Positions 49,901 through 62,147 of a stretch of DNA of 64,000 bases are shown here, one piece after another (the first letter of the stretch is position 1; every line of letters starts with the position of its first letter). Below the pieces are notes generated by a model. That model saw nothing but the letters and a program-made list of their open reading frames with translations. It did not search any database and was not told where the DNA came from. Location: positions 298,249 through 362,248 of the forward strand of contig NW_004797650.1 in NCBI RefSeq assembly GCF_000002075.1, written 5' to 3'. The stretch is from Aplysia californica. Its lineage: Eukaryota. Made by a program: the position numbers and the translations under genes.

Positions 49901-52900
49901 TAAACTAAACTTTCTAATCTAGTCTGGACTGAAGTTAGTCTAAAAAATGGAAACAATTTGCCGCCTGAGAATTACAAAGTTTTATCTGATATTTTTATTT
50001 GTTTTGGGGTACTAAGACCATGATTTCGAGAAAGCCTATTTTGGCACCCTGCCTTCGTTCCGGTCCCGTATCAGTCCCACCCTGGCTCAGCGCGTGCGCG
50101 CAGAGCATCATCCCCGTGATGGCCGGGTTCCGTATTCCCGCAGCTCAGGTGTGTGTGTGTCAGTCTGTTTGAGTTTCTGGCCTACTTCTAGAACCGCCTG
50201 CGTTGGTTTGTAACTGAGACATATGACTGATTCAAAACACGCAAAGTTGGTAGCTGTAGTTCGTCCAATGAAATTAGAACAAATTGACCCACTTAGACAT
50301 GAGGAGCTCGAAAGGATAGTCCGCAAACAAGACTTCCATTTTTCTACACAAAATCTTTCAAATGAACTTGATTTTGTATGAAATTATATAACCGTATAAA
50401 AATAAGCTTATTTGATAGTTTTGAATTCCTTTATACAGGTAAAAAGAATGATTTGAAAGCAAAACATTAGTTGGAAATTGATCTATATTATCCCCTTTTG
50501 AACCCCAGATCATTCGTAACAACAAAAGCGTCTAAAAATGTTATTCGAATGGGTGTAACTACTCGTAATCTCCTATCAGCTTACGAGAGGGAGTTATTTA
50601 TGTGTTGGTAACACTTTATAAATAGAAAGCTATAAAAGATAAAGCATTATTTTCATCATCAATTAACATACTCCTGCGGTATTCACGTTGAAAACACACA
50701 CGGCGTTTCCAGTGCCGCTGGCTGTACACCCAACAGTACACGCTGAGTGACCCGGGTTCCCCTCCTGGAACGTCTGACGTGATAGGTTGCTGATAAGGTT
50801 CGCATCGCGGCACAAGACGCAGGACAATAGTTAAGGAAATATGGTGCTGATATTTCTATCTTGAAATGAGGACCGTTCATACTTGGCTTAACATTGAAAT
50901 TACATATTTTGTGGTATAGAGATGGAAAAAATAGATTCAAAACTCACATTTTTTAGTCCTCAGCCGACATATGCAAATAATGGTCACAAAATGACGAAAA
51001 TTCACCAATTGAGAAGTTTATTGCTTAATTAATTGTACACCAATCTCCTTCAAATTTTGTAAAGATATAAAAGATATAAATTCCTACAAATAGATTGTCA
51101 ATTAGAGCAATTTCAAAGATTTTACAGCTTCTACACTTTAATGTACCCACAGTAATGACAATTTAAGGGGGTAGGGCTGTTAATAAACAATTTTCTTAAA
51201 AAGTATGTTACAAGTCAAATTCTCTTCTTTATTGTGTTCGTTGGTGTAGTTGCTCGTTACAGAAGTCCTTCCCTCACTTAACCTCGAACCCTTTTCCCTT
51301 CTGTACTTTTTTTTTTTTTCAAATCATTAGCCTTCATTAGGAAATTGACACATAATGTTTTTTTCTTTCGAACACTAGTTTGTAACAGCAACAGCGTCTA
51401 TAAGGGTTATTTGAATGGGGGTAACCACTCGTTATGGATTATCAACTTATGAGAGGGGGTTATTTATACATTCGTAACAGTTGTATCTAAAGCTTGGCTT
51501 TTTTTATGTACATTTTCATGCAAAACGAAAATCGGAAATAGATTCCTCGTACAATTCCCCATCAGAATTGATTTTTTAAAAATGTATGATATTTCTTCAC
51601 CAGACCAGTAAATATTTCTGGTGTGTTTCTATGGGTTGCCTCAATCGACTCAATACCAAAGAAAATAGTGTTTAATTACTTTCATTTTTCTCCATTTTAT
51701 CGTTTCAGGACAAAACATTTGGCTTGAAAAACAAAAAAGGTGCAAAGCAGCAGAAGTTCATCAAGAACGTTACCACCCAAGTGCAACATGGAAATGTTAA
51801 ATCTAGCCGTGTAAGTTACCTCATGTCATTGTGCTCTATTTTGTTGTGTTCTGTTTATTGATCTATTTCCTCAAGCTTAGCTTACTCTCTCCCTTTTCCT
51901 GCTCTTTTTCTTGTTTTTTCTGATGTCTCCTCCCTTCCTACAAGTTGGTCCATTGTTGGACTACACACCTGCTGCTCCTGTATAGTCTGTTGGGAGTGCC
52001 TGTTTCTCTTACCCTGTGTGATTATATGAGCCATAGAGGTGTTTCTGCTACTCTAGTGCTAATGTAGTTGACCTATAACATTGACATGGCCTTTCTTCCC
52101 CATTGCCCTGTCTTTGTTTTTCTTTGCTTTCCCCCCTGTAGGATGCAGAACACGAGAAATGTCTGTGGAGATGTCTCTCAAAATTTTGTCCCCTGTCTCA
52201 TCCTTATGGACATTGAATATAGAAATTGTTGCTTTCAATCGTTGCGCTACTGCATGTATTTGCTTTTAGAAGTAAGTGTTGTAGTTTGTAATGTATAAAA
52301 ACTAATAGCTGATCAGCCTTGCTAATATTGAAATTTAAAATGAGTGCCTGGAGAGTGGTTTAGACAAAAACAATTTTTTTAAATATTGGAAGCTGCCTCC
52401 ACTAACTTGTTTTCTCATCACCAGCTACAGGCATCCCAAGAACAGGACAAGGCCCTAAAGAAGGATGAGAAGAAAAAGCTGCAGGAAGAAATCAACTCTC
52501 TGTTCAGACCAGTAGCTCAGACTGTCCAGAAAGGTGTGTCTTTGGAATAGGAGAAGGTTTTTATGGTCCACCTGTTCATTCCAGTGCATTTCTCGTTAGA
52601 ACAGCAAAAGGCATTTGAGGTCTTATTGTTTATATTCATTAATGATTTTCTTTTGAGTTTTGAGGGTTTTTTTTTAGTTCTGAAGAAAGGCTCATGCATT
52701 GAACAACTTTTGGAAGGCAAGTATTAATATGGGTATTTGGAAGGTGGGGTGTTATTTTGTTACATGAGTAAATGTACATTGACTCTGGAATTGAGAACAT
52801 ATCTCCCTTTGTGGCAGTATAGCATGTCTGAGGCTCTTTTAGGATTTGAGAGGTGGTTGGGTGTTGCTGAATATTGTCCTCCACAAAGGAAATAAGTAGT

Positions 52901-55900
52901 TGGTGGAACTTCAAGTGTGGTCTGTTGGTTTTCAATTTTTTCCATTTTATTTTTGGTTTAATCTGTATCTCGGGAAATATTTGTTGGGTTTTTTTTTGTT
53001 TTTGTAAAGTGTTTTACGGCGCTCGCAACTGCATAAGGTCATATGAGCGCGCGGGACACACCTAATATTTTCAGTTGGTAGGAAATTTTGAATTTTGCCC
53101 GGGTGGCGGCCGAAGCCTACTCTTATCGATTTTAGATCACCAAGGGATCTTTAACATGCGCAACTTGCACACGGGCCCTCCGAGATTTTTCGCCCTTGTC
53201 CGAGAAGGCTAGGTGTAGATCTTTCCTACCAGAATATCAGGGGTGTGGCAGAAAGACAGCAGTAAGGAGGAGCCAAGGAGTAACAGTAGAAAGGCTGCAG
53301 AAAGAGTCAGGAGCCCAGAGGAGGGGGCAAAGGAGGTGAGGGGGTGGGGGGCAGAAAGTGGAAATGAAAGCAGACAACAGAACATTGCTAGAGAGCAGGA
53401 AAGGAGGTGAAAGGAGACAATTTTAGAGAAGAAAATTTTTTGGTCGCTACCCGGATTCGAACCCGGGACCTTTTGAATGAGAGGCCAACACCTTAACCTC
53501 TAGGCCACGAGAGCCCCCTCAGGAAATTTGGCCAATGGCGCTGACTCTGTAAGCTTAACACTTTGCCGTCACATCTCGCCGATCGGCGATATTTACCATC
53601 CAGTTTCTTTGGATTTTCCCTAAACTGCCTTTGCCTTTGATGGAAAGGGTTTTAACTTTATGAGCCTTGTGATGGCATAGTGTTAAAGGCTACAGGGCGA
53701 CTGAGGTAAAAGTATTTACCATAACCTTTTTATTTTTACATTTGTCAATTATTGTTGTGATACATAGTGTAGCAATGCCAATCGCCCGCTGCGCCTTGTG
53801 CCGGAAATCGGCCTCCGCGCGAGGGGTATTTTTTGGGCCGCTCGGAATCAGAAGTGACTCTCTTCTAAGTTTAGTTACGGGAAAACTCCTGGACGAAAAT
53901 CAATGAAACTCGGCAACCAACCAGAGGAAAGGTTAAACTAACGACATGCCAGCGTACAATCCCGAACGATTACTAGAACCGGAGATATTGCCGTGTTTGT
54001 GAGAATTTCCTCTGCGGTTCGAAAACTAAGCGGAGCAGCGGGTTGATCGCCGACCACACAAGCGCCCCACATGTCTTCTTTATTGCTGTAAAATTTCAGA
54101 TCTCTGCGTTTAGTAGATTTTCCGTACCAACTTAAAATTACCACCCACCCATTGATAAAACACTAGATCTAGAAACTTAATCGCGCATTCAAAACGCGAG
54201 GTGCCGGCATGCAAGAGGCGCGTGATCGCTAGGCGGCATGTGATTGGCTGCCTATAACCAAATGGGTCACCGATGACTACATCGCGGGTTTTCCCGATAG
54301 CGCTTTACTGAGTTTTAGAAGCGGTGATCGCGTCGCGGTAAAAACGATGTCACGCAATTCAACAAATTTCACGCAAATATCAGTGTTTAAGATCCAAAGT
54401 AATAAAGACAACGAAAAAGTGATAGCAGAACTAGATTTGGCACTAAAAATCACATGGAGATGCCAAGTTTCATTCATATGCTCCAATTCATTACTGACTT
54501 ATGAACAGTTTTTCCTCAAAATACATCAAAACATGTCCCACATTTTGGCGATTTTTTCCTATATGAAGGTCCTCCAACATTTTGCAAACAAAAATCCCAA
54601 TAACTTTTTTATTTATCAATGGATTTTTAAAATTTAAAAACCACAGTTCTTAGAATTTACTCTAGTTTCATTTAAGCCCATTTTTAAGCAATTCGGATGA
54701 AAATTTAATTTTTCATTGTCATTGCTACATAGTGACTTTTTTGGGTGATGGAAATACTCCTCTACCCTCTCAGATGTTGTTAATTAATTCATTTTCCTGT
54801 TTGTCTACTCTTTCCAGGTGTGGACCCCAAGTCTGTTCTGTGTGCATTCTTCAAGCAGGGCCAGTGTACTAAGGGAGACAAGTGCAAATTTTCCCACGAC
54901 CTTACCATTGAGAGGAAGGGCGAGAAGAGAAATATCTATGAAGATAAAAAAAGTAAGAGCTCAAGTAAATGGATGAAATGTCGATGAGCATTTTTCAAGT
55001 AGAGTCGCCTGGGAAGATGAAAAATGTATTAGTGAAAATACATCCGTTAGAAGTCTGTGAAGATTTCAGAAAGTTAGGTCAAGTATGAACCTTGTGTCGT
55101 GTAAAAAGAAATGTAAGCTTCTTGTTTTGAGAGTTGGGTTAAATTTATTTTGGAAAAACGACAGATTTGCACATACGCTTTTTTTTTGCCAATAACTTTT
55201 TTATTTGTACAAATTTCTTATGAAAGTAAGAATAAAAGTTTTAGAATATTTATGAATATGTGAAGCAAAAAGTATTTTGTGAAGTTGTTGTAGTAGTGGT
55301 GTTGGGAATGACTGAATAAAAACTGCTGGTTCATTAGATCTCTAGATCTAGACCAGAGTCTAGACGCTTCGTAGGTCTACGTTATATTCCACAAAGTGTT
55401 AGCTCTAGCATCAAAACCCTCGAAATCATCTTCCGATTCAAGGAAAACACGCGGAACATCTTCATCTGAATCTGATGCGACACTATTTTCATGTTTGTCG
55501 CGGGTCGCAATAGCGAAATTTCCAACTTCACTGTCACTCGACTTCAAAGTGAAACAAAAAACTCCTCGCGCCTCGATCGAAATTTCGTGACAAGAAAAAT
55601 GGCGGGCGAAATCAATTCTGTGTAGCCTACTAGCCAGCAGTATAAAAATTAGTACTTCTTTCTTTTCGTATATCGCGTTATACTATGCCAATGTCTATCT
55701 CGACCAGGCCGGTCGCGATGAGCACTTTGCGGAAGTGGTCGCAATCAGCACTCTAAGTGGGTTAAAAAATACTTTCAGGTGTAGGTTCTTCTTTGAATGC
55801 TTTGGAGGCACTTGGAAACAAAAATGTCCTAGCTTCACCTCTGTTGTCCATGTGGCTCTTGTGTGAGTCAATAAAACTTTTGTTTGTTTTTTTTGGTTAG

Positions 55901-58900
55901 TGTTTTACGGCGCTTGCAACTGCTTATGGTCGTATGAGCACGCAGGACGCACTAAACAATTTGAGTCGGTAGAAAATTTTTGAATTTTTGCATGGGTGGC
56001 GGCCAAAGCCTACTCTTAGTCTTATCAATTTTAGACCGCCAAGGGATCTTTAACGTGCGCAACTTGCACACGAAACCTCTGAAATTTATCACCCTTGTCC
56101 GAGAAGGCTAGGTTCTTTCCTACCAGAAGATCAGGGGTGTGGCTGAAAGACGGCAGTAAGAAGGGGTCAAGGAGTAGCATTAGAAAAGCTGCAGAAAGAC
56201 TCGCGATCCCAGAGGGGGAAAAGGAGGTGAGGGGGTGGGGGGTAGAAAGTGGAGATGGAAGCAGAAAACAGAACATTGCTAGAGGGCAGGAAAGGAGGAT
56301 AAAGGAGACAATTTTAGAACAGAAAATTTTTCCGTCACTACCCAGATTCGAACCCAGGACCTTTGAATGAGAGGCGGACACCTTAATCTCAAGGCCACGA
56401 GAGCCCCCAATACAAGTTGTGTATTTCCTGTTTTGTTTACAGTGTTTTGAAACACTTGCGCATGGGATGTGAAATTGTATATATATGTGTTTTTGTTTTT
56501 TCTGATGCAGGTACAATGGAAGACTGGGATGAAGCCACTTTGGAAGATGTCATCAATAAAAAGCATGGGGAAAGTGAGAAAACCAAACCTAAAACAGGAA
56601 TTGTGAGTGCTTTGTTTGGTGTGTGGGGTAGGAAAACTAGGACAAGTTTTGATGGTGGACAATCTTTGGAGGCTTGTCTGGAGCAACTTCTTTCCATGCT
56701 GTCTTTGTAAATCGTTGTGCCATATTTCCTTTGACTATTTTCAGTATAATCTTCGAGAAAGAAGCTTCAGCTTGGTGGGTGGTTGGCGGGTGCTCTGGTG
56801 TGGTTTGCTCCTTCTTTCCTATCAAGCATCTATCGACCTTATCTCCCCTCCTTCTTTTTTATGTTTGTTACTCTCTTGTAACACCTCTAATCTTCTGGCG
56901 CTCATATGACCTTATGCAGTTGCGAGCGCCGTAAAATCTCTACTAAAACTAAACTAAACTAAAGCTTCAGCTTTGCGAATCAAATGATTATACCGTATTT
57001 TCAGATTGCAGAGGCTTGGCGTTATCATTTGTTTCGTTTGTGATCTTTTTGAAATAGAAATTCTCATTATGAGTTCAGCTTAATGGCTAGGGCTCTTTTG
57101 AAAAGGTTGTTGTTCTTACTCCCTATATGATTAATTGTGGTGTTACTGTTGGGTTGGCAGGTGCTCTGGTGTGGTTTGCTTCTTCTTTCCTATCAAACAT
57201 CTATTGTCCTTATCTCTCCTCCTTCTTTTTTGGGTTTGTTACTGTCTTGTAACACCTCTAATCTTCGGCACTTATATGACCTTATTCAACTTATTGTGTT
57301 GCAGGTTCCTACTAAAAAAATGTTGAGTTGTCTTGTTACAGGTAAAAAAAATTTTTTGGCAAAAAAGAAATACTTGAATGTGAGATTTCTGTTTTTGTAA
57401 TTAATGTAATCGCTGATTGGAAGGGCATGTTTGGTCCTCACATGTAGTGCTCGAAGCAAGCGCTGATTATGACTTTTTTTTTCTCTCTCAGATTTGCAAA
57501 TTTTTCCTTGATGCGGTGGAGAACAGCAAATACGGCTGGTTCTGGGAGTGTCCAAACGGGCCTAAATGTATTTACAGGCACGCACTTCCTCCTGGTGAGT
57601 TGGCTCTTGCAGACACTGTCACTCTCTCAGTCTCTTGTCTTAACAATTTTGTGACAACCTATGTCTACTTGTGTATCTATACATGAGATGTTTGGGTTAC
57701 AAAACAACCATATCACACAAGCTGCTGGCTTGATCACTCCCACTGAGGTCATAGTTGATTAAGAGAAAATGGAATTTTTTTAGTTGTGAAGTAACTTTAA
57801 AAATTATTAGTATGAAATTGTCTGTTGCCTCTATTGTTTACCAACAATTGACTTTGTTAAAGTTTAGGTTCATTGTGACCAGAAAGTCATAAATTGATAT
57901 TTCTGATCTGATTTGTGATTTCCACATTCATAAGTGTTTGAGGAAATTTACATTATGACAAAAAAGTTATAAATTGATTGCAGCTATCATTAGGGTTAAA
58001 GAAATGTTTGTGGACATTTTGGAAAGGATATGTTTTTATGCTTGGCCTTGCTTCAAAGAGTAAAATGCTGGTGTGAGGGCAGATGTTTCAATTTGTGGCA
58101 ACAGGGAGGGATGAGACGAAGATCGTACCAGAAATAACCATGAGAATTTATGAATAATAGAAATTGAAACTTTTTCCCCCTTTTAAAAAAAAATTCAGGG
58201 TTTGTTCTGAAGAAGGATCAGAAGAAGGAAGACAAGGAAGAAAAGATTTCTATAGAAGACTTGGTGGAGACAGAGGTACGTAACTAGAGAAGTGTTTCTT
58301 CAGATTTGTTTGTTTGTTTTTTAAAAAGTTTTCTGGAGAACTGCACAACCTGTTTGCACGCTGTGTTGTTGTTGTTGTTGTTATCAATCCAGCAACAGCT
58401 GGGCTCTCACCCTTCTGTCCAATGCCATGTAGTGATAAGTGCAGGTCTGCTGCAGTTGCTGTAATTGCATGCTGTGTATCATCATGGATTTGTGCAAAAA
58501 AAAATTTTCCTTTGGGCCATATTAAGCGATTGTTTTTATTCTTTACATTTGTTATCTTTAATTAATTTTTTAAAATTTTTATTATTTTCTTGAAGCGATT
58601 GTTCTTATTCTTTACAAATGTTATTTTTATTACTTATAAAGGCTGCATGTTGAAATGGGTTTATTAAACTTGTGAAACCCTCTACTATAAAAAAAACCCC
58701 CCAAAAACATTGTAAATCTTTGTCAGCACCAAGTAATTCCTGTAGGGACATGACATCATGATGACCTCTGTGACTTGTTGGAGCACAGAAGTAACGTATT
58801 GTCAGTGCCTGTCATGACAGCTGGCTCTATTATCATTTTATGTGAATGTCTGCTATTCTTTTTGATTTTGGGGAGGGGGGTGGGGGTTGTTAACAGTATA

Positions 58901-61900
58901 GTGGGACCTATTGTTCTTTTATTCTTGGAGTGAATGCCATGGACACCCTTTTGAAAAACTCCTATGTGAGGAAGTGTGGTCAAATCAGGCACTCGTCAAA
59001 ATAAGGAAATCAGAGAAACTGGCATTTTCCCACCAGTTTGGAAATTTTTGTTGAATTTTTGTTTTTTGGCTCGTCCCATTTATGTCCTTATAAATGCAGA
59101 TTTCCAGGTGAATTTTACGGAAAAACATTGATCAAAGGCTCAAAATATGTCTTTTTCACTTTTCAAGGTTTCTTTAGCTATTGGAGTTATTAAACTTCGG
59201 CTGTCATTTTCTCGCTAATTTCACCTCTGAAACCAGGTGACTTCACCTCCTTCAATCACATTTATCTTGACTTTTCTTCAAGATAATTTGGATATATATT
59301 TCCCTGGAAGCAAGGCTCGTGAATCAGCTTTCAGACTATACCTTTACTTGAGATGCCCAAAAATTGACGGGCGCCTGATTCCATCGCGTCGTGAGGCATA
59401 TGTTTCTGTGTATTACGTGTGTTGTCTGATTGTATACTGTTTAAAATAATGTAAGACGTTTTACTTCAGCCATGTGAAGCATCTTAAAATTAGTTTCTAC
59501 CTTCTAAATACTTTTCAATTCTGATATGTTGTAGAGAAATGGATGTCTACAGCTGTGTTGTCATTATGCTTTGCCTTAACTGATTATTATCATTTTCTGT
59601 GTCTTTGTCTTTCAGAGAGCTGCTTTGGGATTTAATGTAACCAAGGTGACACTGGAAACCTTTCTTAAGTGGAAAGAGAGAAAGGTTTGCATTTGTTATT
59701 CTTTGCTTGTTTTTAATCCTTTTTTCTCCCCTTTTGTCTCTCAGCAAACATGGGAGACTACCAGTCTAGACTTGAAGATTCAGTGGTGTCTACTTGTCAG
59801 CGCCCCAAATATGAGCCACATCTGACTAACACCAACCTAAACTTGTGTAACGGAATTTTGTTATATAGATAACCTCTTTTTATAGTATCTTTTGCCTCTA
59901 ATGGCAACCTTTCTTGCCATATTTTGATCATTCAAAATTTCTGGGAACACCACGACTTGCCCCTTTTCTCTTGTTTATCTCCTCACAACTCCTACTTGGG
60001 CCAAAAATACACTGCACTGAGTACCAGGTGCTCTGGTATGGTTTGCTCCTTCTTTCCTATCAAACATCTATCGTCCTTATCTCCCCTTCTTCTTTTTTAT
60101 ATTTGTTACTCTCTTGTAATACCTCTATTCTTCTGGCGCTCATATGACCTTATGCAGTTGCGAGTGCCGTAAAACCTCTACTAAAACTAAAAAACTGAGT
60201 ACCAGAACTCTGTTTACTCCCCATCACCAAGAGCTGTCTGTAAGGCAGACACCACTGTAATTTCAAAAGTATTTCAATCTCTGTTTAGAAGACTTATCCA
60301 GAATTGACAAGATTGTTTCAGAAATGTGTAAGGAAATATTGTGTTGTGGTGGGTAAATATTAAGGCATCATAGTGGAGCATGCAGTTATAATACTGTTCT
60401 GATGAAAAGATCTTCTAATTTTCTGAACATTTTCACTCTGTTGAAATCAGATCATGCAGTTAGAATAGTTACATGGTGATGATCTTTTCTCATCCTAGCT
60501 GCATTCTCAGATTGTGGGTGGTTGGCGGGTGCTCTGGTGTGGTTTGCTACTTCTTTCCTATGAAACATCTATCGTCCTTATCTCCCCTTCTTCTTTTTTA
60601 TGTTTGTTACTCTCTTGTAACACCTGTAATCTTCTGGCGCTCATATGCAGTTGGGAGCGCCGTAAAACCTCAACTAAAACTAAACTAAAACTAATTCTCA
60701 GATTTCCATGATTTTTCTACTGTTACATATAGCTGGAGATGGACAATTGCATGTGATGTTCACAAGAATGACATTTTTACATAAATTTTTACTCTTTTTT
60801 TAATGTCACCACAGAAAAGAGAAAAGTTGGAGCAGCACTATGAAGAACAGGAAAAGAAGAAAGCTGACTACAAGGCTGGACGCACTGTTGGGGTATGTAG
60901 TCACTCTATGTGCCGGTATGCTGTTTACTTGGTGGGAAAATGTTCGGTGGCCTAGTGGTTAGTCTCTCGGACTCGCAACCGTAAGGTTGTGGGTTCGAAT
61001 CCCGTCAGGGGCCCGACGTTGTGTCCTTGGGAAAGACACTTTACACAAATTTCCCTCACTTCACCCAGGTGGGAATGGGTACCCGGCTATAGATAGCGAA
61101 AGATCTTGTCAGTTTGTTAGTGTTTGAGCGCTTAATCAGCTGCTTGCACTGTATGCTTCCCGGGAAGCTGAGAATGTTTCGGAGTGTTCTGTGGTCTGCT
61201 GGGGTAATAATAGTTGTAAAGCGCATAGAGCCTGCAGTTGAGCGGGGATATGCGCTATACAAATGCTATTTATTATTATTATTCTTCACTCTTTGCTTGT
61301 CACAGCGTACTGATAGCTAGGTCTTGGTCTATTTCCAGTTACATCTTATTTGATAAAGTTTTTCTATTGTTTGTTTGTATCCTGATGTGAGACCTGTTCA
61401 TTTTCTTACTGTTCTCTTTGTATTTCTATTGTTAAATGGTTGGCAGGTGCTCAAGAAGAGTCTGCTCATTTTTGTTGGTAATACAAATCGTGACCCCAGT
61501 GCTTTTTTTGTCATATTTCCATTTTTAAGAACAGTGAAAACAGTACATCACAAAGAGTGAGTTTAAGAAGATGTCACATTTTTACTGTTAAAATAAATGA
61601 AGATACGACAAGGAAGCACTGAGGTCACGAAATAGTGCAGTCTGCTTTTAGGTGCTGTATCAACTCATTGCAAATTACAACTTGCCAACAGAAAGATTGT
61701 CCTGTTGTCTCATATATTTTGTACCTGAATGTGGAAGTTATTGTCATTTATGTGTTTATTGGCATGTGTAGGAATATTAAAGTATCATGCAAATTTCACC
61801 TGCATTCTACTTGTAGATTGGACCTCTTGCTGGATGCCAGAATTTCAAAGTTTGTTTCCTTTCATAACAGATCAGTGGTCGTCAAATGTTTGAGTTCAAT

Positions 61901-61966
61901 CCTGACCTTATCAAGGATGATGATGATGAAGCCCAAGATGGAGCAGTTGCCATAGAACGGGAAGAG
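43897..61966 (+). CDS. ZC3H15: Zinc finger CCCH domain-containing protein 15 (DFRP1/LEREPO4); 10 exons found, 3' end beyond window
   Basis: Exons 43897-43968, 51709-51810, 52425-52533, 54818-54952, 56511-56602, 57492-57594, 58199-58275, 59616-59684, 60815-60892, 61871-61966. MPPKK...KKKEKTIE|[91 protein letters not shown] and [13 protein letters not shown]. Confidence 0.94.
44184..45079. mobile_element. Merlin-like non-autonomous element
   Basis: ~25-bp TIR GG(G/T)AAGATTGAA(C/G)AATACCGGACCA; 8-bp TSD tgtagatt. Confidence 0.85.
45390..45725 (+). repeat. Second copy of the 39120 repeat
   Basis: Direct similarity to 39120-39312. Confidence 0.75.
46282..46781. mobile_element. Foldback/MITE-like element with ~68-bp inverted arms
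   Basis: 46282-46350 is the approximate reverse complement of 46715-46781. Confidence 0.6.
46929..49180 (-). mobile_element. 5'-truncated, degenerate RTE-clade LINE (endonuclease end plus reverse transcriptase)
   Basis: ORF pieces [56 protein letters not shown]; (TGA)n 3' tail; TSD gagtgaat (46921-46928 and 49183-49190). Confidence 0.92.
51709..51810 (+). CDS. ZC3H15: ZC3H15 exon 2
   Basis: [28 protein letters not shown]. Confidence 0.93.
52425..52533 (+). CDS. ZC3H15: ZC3H15 exon 3
   Basis: [36 protein letters not shown]. Confidence 0.88.
52990..53519 (-). mobile_element. tRNA-derived SINE (Deu/Nin-like domain), full length
   Basis: Reverse complement of the 32168 family; B box GGTTCGAATCC. 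Confidence 0.9.
53770..54727. mobile_element. 958-bp non-autonomous TIR DNA transposon, copy 1
   Basis: TIR TAGCAATG(C/A)CAAT; flanked by catagtg on both sides; near-identical to 62839-63796. Confidence 0.9.
54818..54952 (+). CDS. ZC3H15: ZC3H15 exon 4 (CCCH finger 1)
   Basis: [27 protein letters not shown]. Confidence 0.93.
55880..56408 (-). mobile_element. tRNA-derived SINE (Deu/Nin-like domain), full length
   Basis: Same family as 32168. Confidence 0.88.
56511..56602 (+). CDS. ZC3H15: ZC3H15 exon 5
   Basis: [20 protein letters not shown]. Confidence 0.9.
56774..56961 (+). mobile_element. ~175-bp non-tRNA retroposon
   Basis: TSD aagcttcagctt. Confidence 0.9.
57148..57317 (+). mobile_element. 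~175-bp retroposon, diverged copy
   Basis: Colinear with the family; tail degraded. Confidence 0.75.
57492..57594 (+). CDS. ZC3H15: ZC3H15 exon 6 (CCCH finger 2)
   Basis: [34 protein letters not shown]. Confidence 0.93.
58199..58275 (+). CDS. ZC3H15: ZC3H15 exon 7
   Basis: [25 protein letters not shown]. Confidence 0.9.
59616..59684 (+). CDS. ZC3H15: ZC3H15 exon 8
   Basis: [23 protein letters not shown]. Confidence 0.9.
60028..60193 (+). mobile_element. ~175-bp retroposon, slightly 5'-truncated
   Basis: TSD actgagtaccag. Confidence 0.88.
60514..60693 (+). mobile_element. ~175-bp non-tRNA retroposon
   Basis: TSD attctcagatt. Confidence 0.88.
60815..60892 (+). CDS. ZC3H15: ZC3H15 exon 9
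   Basis: [26 protein letters not shown]. Confidence 0.85.
60945..61283 (+). mobile_element. tRNA-derived CORE-like SINE with L2-like tail
   Basis: Near-identical to 3190-3541. Confidence 0.88.
61871..61966 (+). CDS. ZC3H15: ZC3H15 exon 10
   Basis: [21 protein letters not shown]. Confidence 0.9.
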
Positions 61967-62147
61967 GTTTGTGTGTTTCTTTTGACGATTATGTTCTTCA
62001 GATTTACTCCACAACATTATCATCTTTCATTAGCTGTGAAATGTTTTGGGTTTTCTTGGTCTGCTTTATATTCTGCGTCTTCCCTCCTTCTAAAACCCTG
62101 CATTTATACATTTCTTTACATCTACTAGAGGGTTAAGTGCTCAACTG

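Noticed and set aside
53938-54637. Short ORFs conserved between the two 958-bp copies
   Set aside because: Conservation reflects recent duplication; no transposase motifs.
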